A stretch of DNA of 64,000 nt from the human T2T-CHM13v2.0 reference genome, Homo sapiens, in the NCBI RefSeq assembly GCF_009914755.1, contig NC_060926.1; one strand, given 5' to 3'. Of the stretch, positions 1 to 12,645 are shown one piece after another (positions within the stretch are counted from its first letter, which is position 1; every line of letters starts with the position of its first letter). Position numbers and translations under genes: made by a program. Under the pieces are notes generated by a model, which saw nothing but the letters and a program-made list of their open reading frames with translations, did not search any database and was not told the DNA's origin.

Positions 1-135
1 TGTTGAACAAATCATGTGACTTCTTTGAGCTTCACCCTTCATATTTGTGAAATGGGTAGTGTAAAGTGCAAATTTACAAATGCATGTCTGAGCACAGTGC
101 CCGGCACATAGGAGATGCCCCACAGATGTTGCCTT
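1..135 (+). mobile_element. MIR SINE fragment
   Basis: tgtgaaatggg...gcacagtgcccggcacatagg resembles the MIR core and 3' end. Confidence 0.6.
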
Positions 136-224
136 CCTTTTTTTCTGCACTACAAACATTGTGAGTCAGAATTGAGCATTTATGGAACGCTTCTATGCTT
201 TATATTCAAGGTAAACATTTGTGC

Positions 225-345
225 TCTCAGTTTACACAGGAGAAAACAGTCGCGGGACCTGTGAGAGGTTAGGTAACTCGCTTGAGATTGATCTTGTGGC
301 AGTTGGAGGCAGGGTTTGAACTTGGGTCCACTGGGCTTTCACACT
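225..345 (-). mobile_element. MIR SINE fragment
   Basis: gagaggttaggtaactcgc...gcagggtttgaact resembles the antisense MIR core. Confidence 0.55.
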
Positions 346-584
346 GTGCTTTTCCCATTCTGACACGCTGCTGCCTGACACAGAACCTGCCTCTCTGTGG
401 TGTATGGTCTGGTGGTTTTCCATTTGGCTGTGCATGAGGCACACTCGGGAAATGCCCTTTGATGGGGATGTGGTGAGCATGAGAGACAAGACACCTTTCT
501 CCTTCCATCCTTGCAGGGCAGCGGAGGTGTCCACCTCTGCCTGCCTTGGGAGCATAGGACAGATCTCATCATGCCCTTCAACCT

Positions 585-735
585 CTTTCCGCCTTTTCTG
601 GCTTATCTCCATGCAGTTAACTGTACTGGCAGAAACTGGAGGAAAACAGCCACAATGCAATGCCTGGTTTCACTGTAAATTCATGCCCGCTCATGTCAGT
701 GGATCTTTTGAGCTGCCCAGTAGTCTACTGAGTCC
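585..735 (+). repeat. Direct duplicate of 1598-1750 (L2-derived)
   Basis: ctttccg(c/t)cttttctggcttatctcc...gcagttaactgtactggcagaaactggag...aatgcctggtttcactgtaaattca occurs twice. Confidence 0.9.
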
Positions 736-999
736 ACTCGTTCTCACCAGTCACCACTGGACTCAGGAATTCTCATTGCCATGCGGCTCTGAACATCCCT
801 TTTCTGACCCCACTCCACCCTCTCTGACTCCTAAAATCCCCCCACCCCGCCCTCTGGGCGCATCATCAGCAAACCCTGATTGCTTCCAGGCCTCTGAAAC
901 GTTCCCATTGGATGCTTACCGGGGCTCCTCTCTGAGAAGCCCTCCCTGCAGCCCTCTGGAGTGGGGGCTGGTTTCTCTCCCATTCCCTTTGGACCTGTG

Positions 1000-3570
1000 G
1001 ACCTGGGGTGGGTGGTGGCCTCCTTGCTCCTGTTTTCTGGTTCTTGACCTTCTCTCTCCTTCTTCCCACGTCATCAGACTGTGTCACTGAAGACATCTCT
1101 TGTGGTTGTCACTTACTAAGCTCACCCTCGTCAGTCCTCGAAGATTATGGGGCTTCTCTCTTGCTTTCATTGGCTCCAACACCTGCTTTAGTTCATAGTG
1201 ACTTCAGTCCCATATGGAGGACCCTTCCAATACCCCAACCTCTCATTTCTTTTACCTTCTCTTTCCCAGTGACTTCCTCCCCAACTCCATCTCTACCACT
1301 CCTGCCTTAGGCATGCCCTCAGCCTTGTCATTACAAATAACTGTGTAATCATAAGCCACATCCTCAGTTCCAAACTGTCTGACCAGCCCCCCTGTCTGAC
1401 CAAGTCATCTGTAGGTTGTTTATTCTCTTGCGCTATTCCCACCCATCTGTCTCCTCCACCAGGATATAAAAGTTACTGTTTCTACCACCTCCTCTCTGTC
1501 CTCTCTATCCTCCCATGCATCCTCAACCATTTTTCCCTTCTCTTAAACTATTGCACTCACCTGGCAAAACCCCAGATTTAACCCTGGCTAATGCCAACTT
1601 TCCGTCTTTTCTGGCTTATCTCCGTGCAGTTAACTGTACTGGCAGAAACTGGAGAAAAACAGCCACGATATATAATGCCTGGTTTCACTGTAAATTCACG
1701 CCCACTAATGTCAGTGGATATTTTGTGCTGCCTAGCAGTCCACTCAGCCCCTCACTGGCTGTCCTCTCCTCCTGAAACACCTAGCACCTTCCGCTCCACG
1801 CTCACTCCACTCACTCTCTGCAGGTGAGCTTGCTTCCTGTGTTGTGAACATCGACGGGAATGTCATGAGCTTCTGCCTCCACATCTCAGCCCCCAGTGTC
1901 TGCCATCTACCTTTATTTCTCCCAGGCCGAATTGTCCTTGTCCTGTCTAAGGCCATTCACTGCACAGATACATGGCTGTCTCTCCACTCGTTTATTCACT
2001 CTCCCTTTCTACATCACAGCCTCCTGTTGCCCTTGTTTCCAGATAATTCGCATCAGCACACACACATTCTGCCATTTCTCCCATCTTAAAAAGTTTTTTG
2101 ATCCCATATGTACCTCTGGCTGTGCCCCCACGCCTCTGCTCCTCTTAGAATTCAATTCCTCAGTCGAGTTGTATACGTTTCCTTTCTCTGCTTCTTCAAT
2201 TCTCCTCCCATGCTCCTGGGAGCTGCTGTCATCAGGCAGAAACTCCCCCACTTCCACCTCTCCACCAAAACCCACGTTTTGCAGGGATCTCTGAATTGCT
2301 AAATCCAGGGATCCATTCTCAGTCTCTTTCTTACTTGACCTTTAGTAAGTTGATCTAGTTGGTCACTTCCTTGAATTTTTTTTTTTTTTTTTTTGCAGAA
2401 TATACACTGCTGGTTATCCTCCCACCTCGCTGGCTGTTCCTCTCTCAGTCTTCTTTGTGACTTCTCCTTGTCCTTAACCTGTCAATGCCGAAGCACCTCG
2501 AGGTGCAGTGCTCTGATCGCTTCTCTGTCTACACTCATTTCCTGGGTGGTCTCCTCCAGTCCCATGGCTTTTAATCCCCTGTGCATGCCGGCCGGCGCCT
2601 TCAAAATGTACCCCTCCAGCCCCGCGGCCTACCCTGATCTCCCGACTACTGCCGTGCTACCTGGATGTCTAATAGGCACCTTGAACCTGATACATCAGAT
2701 GGTAAATCTCGATCTTTCCCATTCAAAGCTGCTCTTCCACAACCTTCCTCCTATCAATTGATTGCAACTCCACCCTTTCACGTCCCGGCCTGAAAACCTC
2801 AGGGTCATTCCTGACTCCTCTCTTTTCTCACATACACACATCTGATCTCTCGGTGAACGCTGTCGGTTCTGTTTTCAGAACGTGCCTGTCATTCAGGATC
2901 TGGCCACTTCTTACCATGGTCTTGGCTGCCCGGGGCCATGCAACTCCATGACCTTCTGGCTCTTTGCTTCTGCCCTTGGTCCTCGGCCGTCCAGTCTGCT
3001 TTACAGAGTAACCACTGTAAAGCTGTGAAACCCTAAATCAGACATGTTGCTGCTCTCGTGAAAGCCCTGGGAAGAGTCCTTTTTCACTCAGAGCAAAAGC
3101 CAGCTCATTTCCGACAGCTGTCAGGCTTTACGGGACCTGCTCCTGGCCCTCCTCTTCGTGTGTCCCGGCTTCTCTCACTCTCTCTTCCCTCTCTCTCTTT
3201 CCTTTGGCAATATTGGCCTTCCTAAAATTCGACAAGCATGCCAGGTGGACTCCCAGCTCAGGCCTTTGCTCTCGCTGCATCCTCTGACCTCCTCCCAGCC
3301 TCGCTATGGCCACACTCTGTTCCGCCAGGCCTTCTCTCCTAGCTCACTGTCTCTGGGAGGCTTTCCCTGCGAGGTTCTAACTTGTCCGGTCTCTCCCCTC
3401 TTTCTCTGCTCTCTGCTCTTCCTCCTTGCCTTCCTCCACGTGTCATCCTCTGACCTGATGTGTCATGATTTGCTTATTACTGGGCTCCCCTCCTGCACTG
3501 TGAGCTCCATGAAGGCAGGGGTTTGGTCATTGTGTGTGTTTGTATTCCTGGTGTCTTAGAAGGTCTCCTA
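1000..3570 (+). mobile_element. L2 LINE, long decayed ORF2 and 3' portion
   Basis: Pyrimidine-rich, with L2 hallmarks cacctggcaaaacccc, ttgctaaatcca...cattctcagtc and the 3' end ctgtgagctccatgaaggcaggg. Confidence 0.75.
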
Positions 3571-3844
3571 AGAGGAGGAGCGCCGGTTGAGTGCCTGTGG
3601 GCCAAGTCATGGAGGTCCACTGAGGAGGGCTCGCTCCGTCTGTCTCAGTGGAGGGCGCTAGATGTGCAGTGGGGTTCTTGGTGGGAAAAGAGGATTCATG
3701 AGAATCTCAGTCCTGCCTCCTCCAGAATGGTCTCGCTGGCCGTCTAGTCCACTGTCGCTCTCTCTTCTTTACCAGGACTTTCCAGGTCCTTACTGTCTCA
3801 ACCCAGTGCCAGGGACTGAGTATCTAATTCTCCACATTGCTATG

Positions 3845-3877
3845 TCTCTCTCTCTCTCCCTCTCCCTCTCCGTCTCT

Positions 3878-3922
<45 letters not shown>
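3845..3922. repeat. Compound microsatellite (TC)n-(TG)~20
   Basis: Direct reading. Confidence 0.95.
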
Positions 3923-3924
<2 letters not shown>

Positions 3925-4194
3925 GGTTGGGGGTGTCTCTATGCTGGAATCATTAGCTTTTCTGGGGCACACATGTGATCTCCTGTATCTTTCTGGCCTA
4001 TGTTCATGACATCTAGTGCAGGGCTCCATAGGAAGCGGGCAGCGGAACATATTTGGTTGAACTAACAAAGAAATGATTGACGGTAGAGTGGAGTGCTAGG
4101 AGCCACTTGAATACGACAGAGCTTAAGGTGCCATCTGGAGGCTCTTCTCTTTGGACAGTTTCTGAGTGGCTTCTGTCCTTTGTCATCTCCTTAG

Positions 4195-4349
4195 GAGACG
4201 AACAAGAAGACAGTCCATGCAAAATATTGCAGCAGGTTTGTCCATGCTCCCTGGAAGGATGGGAGCTTGGTCCACGTCAACATTACCAAAGAGAAGTGCA
4301 AGTGGTACAGTGAGAGAATCCACACAGCCCTGGCCCGGATCCGAAGGAG
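4195..4349 (+). CDS. VWA3B: VWA3B coding exon (about exon 10), ETNKKTVHAKYCSRFVHAPWKDGSLVHVNITKEKCKWYSERIHTALARIRR(R)
   Basis: Acceptor tccttag|GAG, donor AG|gttggt; 155 nt, phase 0 to 2. Confidence 0.93.
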
Positions 4350-4424
4350 GTTGGTGTTATTTGCAGGAAGTTACAAGTGGTCTCCTCGCTCTGGACATTC
4401 TCATCTGCTTGATCTTTTTTCCTC

Positions 4425-4935
4425 CCTTTTATTTTTAGTTGACACATAATGATTGTACCTATTTATGTGATACAGAGTGATATTTAGGTGTGTGTATACA
4501 ATGTACAAAGATCAAATCAGGGTAACTCACATATCCATCACCTCAAACACACGTCGTTTCTGTATGTTGTGAACATTCAAAATTCTCTCATTTAGCTTTT
4601 TAAAAATATACATAAATTATAGCTGACCATATTGACCCTCCAGAGCTGCAGAATACCAGAGCTTGTTCCTCCTATCTAGCTAAACTTTTGTATTCGCTAA
4701 CCAACCTCCCTATCCTCTCTCCCTACCTTTCTCAGTCTCTAATACAGTTCTACTCACTACCTCTATCTGCTCAGATATTTTTAGCTCCCACATATGAATG
4801 AGAACATGTGGTATTTATCTTTCTGTGTCTGACTTAATTTGCTTAACATAATGTCCTGTAGGCTCATCCATGCTGCTGCGAATGACAGAATTTTATTCTT
4901 TTGTATGGTTTAGTAGTACTCCATGGTGTATATAT
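4425..4935 (-). mobile_element. L1 3' end (L1MA-like)
   Basis: Antisense L1 3'UTR: ttttagctcccacatatgaatgagaacatgtggtatttatctttctgtgtctgactt. Confidence 0.8.
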
Positions 4936-5184
4936 ACCAGTAAAAGCTCAACTGAGACAAAGGGCCAACAAAACATTGTTAAGTCAAGGTTGCCATCTGA
5001 TGGTTTGCTGATAGCCTTGTTAAAAAAAAGGTGGGGGTTGTTTGGATTCAGATCCCAGCTGCCTTGATGCCAGTGCAGTTTATTGAAAACAGCAAGCCAA
5101 CGTGTGGCTATCACACTGGTCACACCTTGTGGTAGGAGGCTAAGGAATGCTTCTGTTTCATACCTCACATTCTTTTCTAGGCCA

Positions 5185-8130
5185 CACGTGTATTGCCCAA
5201 TGTGTTATACCTTTCTTCTGTACTCTTTAGCTGCCTCTCACAGATTTTGATATATTGTATTTCATTTTCAATCATTTCAGAATATTTTCTAATTTTCCCC
5301 ATCATTTCTTCTTTGACTAAAGGGTTATTTAGAAATGTGCTGTTTAGGCTGGGCGCAGTGATTCACGCCTGTAATCCCAGCACCTTGGGAGGCCAAGGGG
5401 GTGGATCATGAGGTCAGGAGTTCGAGACCAGCCTGGCCAACATAGTGAAACCCTGTCTCTACTAAAGATTCAAAAAATTAGCTAGGCATGGTGGCGGGCA
5501 CCTGTAGTCCCAGCCGTTCGGGAGGCTGAGGCAGGAGAATCGCTTGAACCCGGGAGGCGGAGCTTGCAGATCGCACTACTGCACTCCAGCCTAGGTGACA
5601 GTGCGATTGTGTTGTTTACTTCCCAAATATTTGTGGATTTTCCTGATAGCTTTTGTTACTGATTTCTGTTTTAATTTCACTGTAAACAGAGAAATACTGT
5701 GTGATTCAATTCTTATAATTTTATTGGGACCTGTTTTGTAGTACAGATTTTGGAAAAAAAAAATATGGTTTTGTTGGGTGGAGTATACTACAGGTATCAA
5801 TTAGCTCAAGTTGGTTGAGAGTGTCATTCAAGTCTTTCATATTATTACTGATTTTCTCTAGTTGTTCTATAAATTATTGAGAAAAGAGTGTTGAAATCTC
5901 CAACTGTAGTCTTTAATTCTCATTTCAGTTCTGTTTTTTCTTCATGTATTTTGAGGCTCTATTAATAGTTGCATGTACATTTAAGATTGTTATGTTCTCT
6001 CGATGAACCAACTTTTTTGTAATTATGAAATGTCCCTTTTATATGTCTGGTAATATTCCTTGCTCTGAAATTTACTTTGATAGCAGTTTAACCGCCCTAC
6101 ATTATTTTTATTATTCTTTTTTTCTATCATTTCATCTTTACTTGTCTGCATCCTGTATTTAAATGGATTTCTTACAGACACAAGATATATAATTATATAT
6201 GAGCATTGTTTTATTAATCCAACCTAACAATCTTTGGCTTTTAATTGGAGTGTTAAAATCATTTACATTTAATGTGATTATTGATTTGATTGGATTTAAA
6301 TCTAAGATTTTGCTATTTGTTTTCTGTTCCCTTTTTACTGGTTTTTTGCCTTCTTTTGTTTGAGTATTTTTTATTATTACATTTTATCTCCACTATTGTC
6401 TTATTAGCTCTACCTCTTTGTTGTGTTTTGATGTGTGTGTGTGGCTATTTAGGATTTACAATATTTATCTTATCAGTCACCCTACAAATAATATTATATC
6501 ACTTCATGTATATTACAGGAATCTTACAACTTTCACTCCCACTTACGCCCTTTCTATTGTTGTGCACTTCTGTGCATGCATTACACAATACATTCTAAAC
6601 AGTCAATTGTCTTGTAACTAGATTAGAAACTAGAGTAGATGTATTTTATATTTAACCACATACTTGATATCTCTGTTGCTTTTTATTCCTTTGTATGCAT
6701 CCACATTTCCATTTGGTATCATTTTTTTTCCACCTGAAGAAGTTTCATTCATATTTCTGGTAGTGCAGGTCTATTGGTGATGAATGGGCTGTTTCAGTCT
6801 GAAAAACTCTTTAATTTACCTTTATTTTCGAATGATGTGTTGGCTAAGCATAGAATTCTGGTTTTACAGTTCTGTCTTTCAGTACTTTGAAAATCCTTCT
6901 CCATTGTCTCCTGGTTTGCATGATTTATGATAAGAAGTCTCCTGTCATATTTTTGTTTGCTCCTCTACACATAATGTCTTTGATGCTTTTTAAAATTTCT
7001 CTGTTTCTAGATTTTATCAATTTTATTGTGATATACCTGGGTGTAGTTTTCTTTATTTTTCTTCTTCTTGGGTTCTTTGAGCTTCTTGGATCTGTAGGTG
7101 CACTGTTTCAATCAAAATTAAAACATTGTGGTCATATTTTCTCAAATATTTTTTCTGCCTCCCCCTCTCTTCTCCTTCTTCTACTTTGATTACACATATG
7201 TTAGACTCCTTGATATTGTTCCATGGGCCACTAATTATCTCTGATGAAAATGCTTTTGTCTTTTTTCTCTCTGAGTTAACTTTAAATTGTTTCCTTTGCT
7301 TTGTCTTTTGTTCCCTAATCTTTTCTTCTCCTAATGTCTAATGTACTATTAATACCATGCAGTGTATTTTAAATTTCAGATATTGTATCTCTCTACAAGT
7401 TTTATTTGGGTCTATTTAAATATCTTCCATTTCTCTCCTCATTCTGTTTATACTTTACCTTTTTGACCATATGGGTTATATTTGCAATAGCTGTGTAACA
7501 TCCTTTTCCGCTAATTCTATCATCTGTGTCATTTTGGGATCTGTTTCTGTTGATCAGTTTTTCTTCTGGTTTGGATCGTATTTTCCTGCTTCTTTGTATG
7601 CCTGGTAATTTTTTACTGGATGCCAGGCATTTTAACTTTACATTATCAGGTACTAGATTTCATTGTATTTTTATATATGTTCTTGATACAGTCAAGTTAC
7701 TTGAAACCAGTTTGATCTCTCTAGGAATTGCTTTTCAGTTATGTTAGAATAGATCTAGGGTCGCCTTTAGCCCAGGGCTAATTTGGTCCTGCTACCGAGG
7801 CAATACTCTTTCAAGAACGCTACTTGTTGCCCCATATATTAAGGAGATTTTCCTACTCTGGCTGGTAGATGAACTACTCCTAGCCATGTGTGAGCCCTGA
7901 GGGGTTGATCAGCCTACTCCTTTGGTGATTTCTTCCTTGGCTTCAGTAGTTTCTTCACATGCATGCCTTGATCATTATTTAGCCAAAATTTCGAGGACAC
8001 CCTTCTGCAGATCTCTGGAGCATGCTCTCTCTCCCTTTCTCCTGTGCAGTAGTGTCCTTTCAATATTTTGCCATTCAAATTTTAGTTTCTTAGGCTTTGC
8101 TGAACTCTGAGCTCAATTCAAATATTTTTT
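5185..8130 (-). mobile_element. Old L1M fragment interrupted by an Alu
   Basis: T-rich antisense L1 (gtgttgaaatctccaact; tttcagtactttgaaaat...ccattgtctcctgg). Confidence 0.75.
5347..5606 (+). mobile_element. AluS lacking its 3' end and poly-A
   Basis: Alu dimer flanked by tgtg(c/t)tgttta. Confidence 0.92.
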
Positions 8131-8444
8131 CCATACTCTTTCCTTACCTCCACCCCCCAGGCTTTGCTTGCAGCTACGAATTTCATTTATTTATATCCTG
8201 TGATGGGAACCTGATCATGGACCACAGACGCAGTCCTTCTCACACAGCCACCAGGGCCTTGGTTATTACAGAGCTCTGGGGCTGCTTGATGCTGTCCATA
8301 AGTTTCATTGAAGCTTCAGGAATGTGCTGGCTTCACTAGCTTGACGGCAGTCAGCCAGATTAGAAGAACAAATAGTCTGAAGTCATAGCTGAGGTCCTCA
8401 AAATATCAGATGACTAGAAGTAATTTATTTTTGACTTTGGCACC

Positions 8445-8854
8445 TTTCATGTGCGTCCGTGTGAAGAGACCACCAAACAGGCTTTGTGTGAGCAATAAAG
8501 CTTTTAATCACCTGGGTGCAGGCGGGCTGAGTCTGAAAAGAGAGTCAGCAAAGGGAGATAAGGTTGGGGGCGTTTTATAGGATTTGGGTAGATAAAGGAA
8601 AATTACAGTCAAAGGGGGTTGTTCTCTGGCGGGCAGAGTGGGGGTCACAAGGTGCTCAGTAGGGGAGCTTTTGAGCCAGGATGAGCCAGGAGAAGAAATT
8701 TCACAAGACAACGTCATCAGTTAAGGCAGGAACAGGCCATTTTCACTTCTTTTGTGGTGGAATGTCATCAGTTAAGGCAGGAACCAGCCATCTGGATGTG
8801 TATGTGTAGGTCACAGGGGATATGATGGCTTAGCTTGGGCCCAGAGGCCTGACA
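8445..8854 (-). mobile_element. Solo HERV-H LTR (LTR7 family)
   Basis: Reverse complement begins TGTCAGGCCTCTGGGCCCAAGCTAAGCCATCATATCCCCTGTGACC and ends ...CACACGGACGCACATGAAA; perfect 5-bp TSD GCACC (8440-8444, 8855-8859). Confidence 0.93.
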
Positions 8855-9117
8855 GCACCCACAATGGATTTATTTTTCTGTCATACTGATTTTCTTAGTT
8901 TTGTTTTACTTGGCTTGATGGTGGGTAGTGCATCCTACAGCCCAAATGTAGGATTTTCTACAGAAAAACCTCAAAGCGAATGATCTACTCACAGAAGATT
9001 GGGTATAAACAACATAGCGCAGCTCTGTCCTCTGCAGATGCATCGTTAAGTTCTTGGGAAGATGCTCTTGTTGCCTGCAGGCTCTCACCATTCACTTTCA
9101 ACCTACTTCCTGCCTAG

Positions 9118-9256
9118 GATTAAATGGCTACAGGATGGGAGTCAAAGCCTCTTTGGAAGATTGCATAATGATTGCATCTACATTCTCATTGACACGTCTC
9201 ACTCAATGAAGAGCAAACTGGACTTGGTGAAGGACAAGATCATTCAGTTCATACAG
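9118..9256 (+). CDS. VWA3B: VWA3B coding exon (about exon 11), start of the VWA domain with MIDAS DxSxS (IDTSHS)
   Basis: Acceptor gcctag|G ATT AAA, donor CAG|gttaga; 139 nt; IKWLQDGSQSLFGRLHNDCIYILIDTSHSMKSKLDLVKDKIIQFIQ. Confidence 0.95.
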
Positions 9257-9818
9257 GTTAGATGGAACTGTCGGTTCATGCATTTGGGGCTTTGTGTATC
9301 AGATGGTTATGAGCAGTGGATAGGGGCTTGTTGCTCTAAAAAATTCCTAAGAAAGCCAAATTCAGAGAAGTACTCCCTTTTGTTAGTTAAAGAATCATCA
9401 GTTCTCTTTTGCAAATAGACCCTTTCTCTGGTGGATTCTTTCTGTCACACATGAGTTGCTTAAGGGAGTTGCTATGTTCATTGTTTCAGATTTTCTCTGT
9501 CCTGAAATCTTTGGTATACACACACTTCCATTGTCTTCCAGAAACTCCTCATCTTAGCATTTTTAATTTCAAATGTTTATTGGGGATGCTGTGTACCCTG
9601 GTGCATGGGAGGCGTGCAGGCTGGTGTTTAGAAGCTCCCAGTTCTTATTCTGCCTGTGCTGCCTCTGAGCTGTGTGAACTGAAGCAGGTTGCCCAAGTGC
9701 CCTAAATCCTAGTGTCCACACCTGTCAAATGACATCACAGTAATGTGAGTTTGTAGTATTGATGTATTATTAACCATAGAAATAATAGCGGGGAGTGTTT
9801 GAGAAATACAAAATGCAC

Positions 9819-10107
9819 TTTTTTTTTTTTTTTGAGATGGAGTCTCACTGTGTCGTCCAGTCTGGAGTGCAGTGGTGCCAACCCGGCTCACTGCAAGCTC
9901 CGCCTCCCGGGTTCACGCCATTCTCCTGTCTCCCAAGTAGCTGGGACTACAGGCGCCTGCCACCACGCCCGGCTAATTTTTGTATTTTTAGTAGAGACGG
10001 GGTTTCACCGTGTTAGCCAAGATGGTCTCGATCTCCTGACCTCGTGATCCGCCCGCCTCGGCCTCCCAAAGTGCTGGGACTACAGGCGTGAGCCACCGTG
10101 CCCAGCC
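9819..10107 (-). mobile_element. AluY
   Basis: AluY diagnostics (gcaagctcc, ttcacgccattc); TSD aaaatgcacttt. Confidence 0.93.
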
Positions 10108-10580
10108 AAAATGCACTTTTTAATTTAACAAAGCTCTACTGGAGAAATATGAACAAGTGTATAAAGTTGTAACTGAATAATGGCTTTACCTAAAAGAGAA
10201 TGACTGAAATGATGTTGTTTTAGATTTCTTTTCTTCCAGCATATTGTATTTGGTGTGCTTATTTGGTATATCCTTAATGTTAGTATTAAAATCAATATTT
10301 AATGTCACATTATATATATAAACTTTTACATATACGTGACATATATAATGTATATTCATATAATCATATATACATTTGTAAAGGTCTTAACACACAAACT
10401 GGATAAATTTTATTTAAATATCCTTTATACTAGATAGGATATTCTCTATTGAATATAATTTTTTGCTTCTTGAACTGAAAATAGAGACCATCATGATTAA
10501 AATATATCAAACTGTGGCCTACCCAAACCCTTTCTAACATCTGAGTGGTTTTATGGTTAAATAATCATTGTCTCTTTTAG

Positions 10581-10712
10581 GAACAGCTGAAATATAAAAG
10601 TAAGTTTAACTTTGTGAAGTTTGATGGTCAAGCAGTTGCTTGGCGGGAACAACTTGCTGAAGTCAATGAAGATAATTTGGAACAGGCTCAGTCCTGGATT
10701 AGAGACATAAAG
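10581..10712 (+). CDS. VWA3B: VWA3B coding exon (about exon 12), EQLKYKSKFNFVKFDGQAVAWREQLAEVNEDNLEQAQSWIRDIK
   Basis: Acceptor cttttag|GAA, donor AAG|gtaagt; 132 nt, phase 0-0. Confidence 0.95.
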
Positions 10713-11387
10713 GTAAGTTGGAGACTAAGCTGGGAGAAGCATCCTAGGAGTCTCTCACCTGTGTACTGAGTTCATTCACAGGACAGACATTCCTGAGAGG
10801 TGTTTTGCACTCTCAGGATGGAAGTGGCTTAGCATGTAGACTTTTGTTTTGCTTGCAGTGGTCACGTTAATCCAATCTCATTTTGTCAATATCATAAGGT
10901 TTAGATGAGCCTCTTATTCTTATCTACTCACAGTTCTCTATTTCCAGCTCTGCCCTTGGCTCAGGTTGAAGCCCCCTTATGAAAACACATTTCAAAACAG
11001 AGTTTTTTTTTTTGTACTCAGACATTCAGATTTTTTTCTTCTGAAATTTCATTATTGTTGCAAACGGTATATTGCAGCCATTCTTATCAATGGGCTTTGT
11101 TCAAAAGTAAGGAGCATGTGGAAATACACAGTACAATCTGAGTGTTTAGGACTGAATGCAAGAAGAGAGCTAGGGCAGGAGAATGTAGTAAGAAGGTGAA
11201 ATCATTTCCTCAGAAGTGACTGCCCTTGGCATTTACACAGACTCCTGGGAAGGATTTTCCTTGCCCTAAATTTTCTTATCTTGAGCTTATCTTAATTTTT
11301 TATAGCATATAGCATTGCGAACTTCCAAATATTTGAGATATACTACAATTGAGACCAAGAGTTGTTCTTAAAAAGTCAAATATAGGA

Positions 11388-11516
11388 GCTGGACATCGTG
11401 GTGCACACCTGTAGTCCCAGCTCCTTGGGAGGCTGAGGTAGGAGGATCGTTTGAGCCCAGCAACTTGAGACCAGCCTGGGCAACAGAGCAAGTCTCCGTA
11501 TCTTTTCTTAAAAAGG
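11388..11516 (+). mobile_element. Alu monomer (FLAM-like)
   Basis: Single old Alu arm. Confidence 0.75.
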
Positions 11517-12104
11517 CAAATATGTATCAGAAACATCTTTAAAGTAGTTTAGTGTCTAGTTTAGAGTCTTAGATTTGACAGAAAGTCACAAATAGACATT
11601 AGCAGATCATTGAGATGCACCAGGGCTCCCTTGTGACTTGTTTTTAAAACTGGGAGGCGAAAATCTGTTCTATAAGAAATAATAATGCCTGTAAGATTTT
11701 AATTTAACTGGGCACCTTATCCTGGGAAATAGTGTTGAATTCATACCCAACTTGTTAAATTTCCAGGATTAACCAATGAAGTTACTTGTGACATACGTTC
11801 TGTCCTTTTTTTTTTCTGTCCTTTTATGACACAATAATAGGAAATACCTTGTTAACTCAGAGCCTACTAATTTAGGGTTTATGATAACAAGATATTATAT
11901 ATATAATCTCATTGCATAAAAACATCATTGGGTTCTGCTTTATATAAAAATCACTAATGAATAGAGTCAGCCATCTATTCAGATTTTAGCCATTTGGCTA
12001 AAAACACATATTCCTATAAAGCATAATTCTGTTCTCTTTACAAATTTTCACTGATGCTCCCTTGCTGGCTTGTTGAATGTCCAAAATTCATTTTCAAAAG
12101 GACC

Positions 12105-12645
12105 AAGGATAAAGAAAATGTGGCATATATACACAATGGAATACTACACAGCTTAGAAAAGAAGGAAATCCTGTCATTTGCAACCAAATAAATGAACCTG
12201 GAGGACATTATATTAAGTAAAATAAACCAGGCAGAGAAAGAAAAAACACCACATGATCTCACTTATATGTAGAATCTAAAAATGTTGAACTCACAGAAGC
12301 AGAGAGTAGAATGGTGGTTACCAGAGACTAGGAGCAGGGTGCTGGGTGGGGATGGGGAGATGTTGGTCAAAGGGTACGTAGTTTCAGTTAGACAGGAGGA
12401 ATAAGTTCTGGAGCTCTATTGTACAACATGGTAACTATAGTTAATAACAATGTATTGTATACTTGAAAATTGTCAAGAGAGTAAATTTTAAGTGTTCTCA
12501 CCACTCAAAAATATGTCAGGTGACAGATTTGTTAATTAGCTTGGTTTACTCATTCCACAACATATACATATATCAAAACATTACATTGTATACCATATAT
12601 ACAATTTTATTTGTCAATTAAAAGTAAATTAATTTTAAAAAGATA
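12105..12645 (+). mobile_element. L1MA-like 3' end
   Basis: ggataaagaaaatgtggcatatatacacaatggaatactac...ttttatttgtcaattaaaa. Confidence 0.85.

Noticed and set aside
404-1090. 228-aa ORF, the longest in the track
   Set aside because: Low-complexity P/S/L-rich translation overlapping the L2-derived duplication; no recognisable domain.
9081-9117. Upstream alternative acceptor (gcctgcag|gct)
   Set aside because: Adds 37 nt and hits TAG at once; no evidence of use.
10290-10380. AT-rich quasi-palindromic tract (similar at 14200-14340 and 24155-24220)
   Set aside because: Low-complexity (TA)n decay with no specific structure.
10598-10605. Donor-like AA|GTAAGT inside a coding exon
   Set aside because: Would leave a 19-nt frameshifting exon; the authentic donor is a better match.
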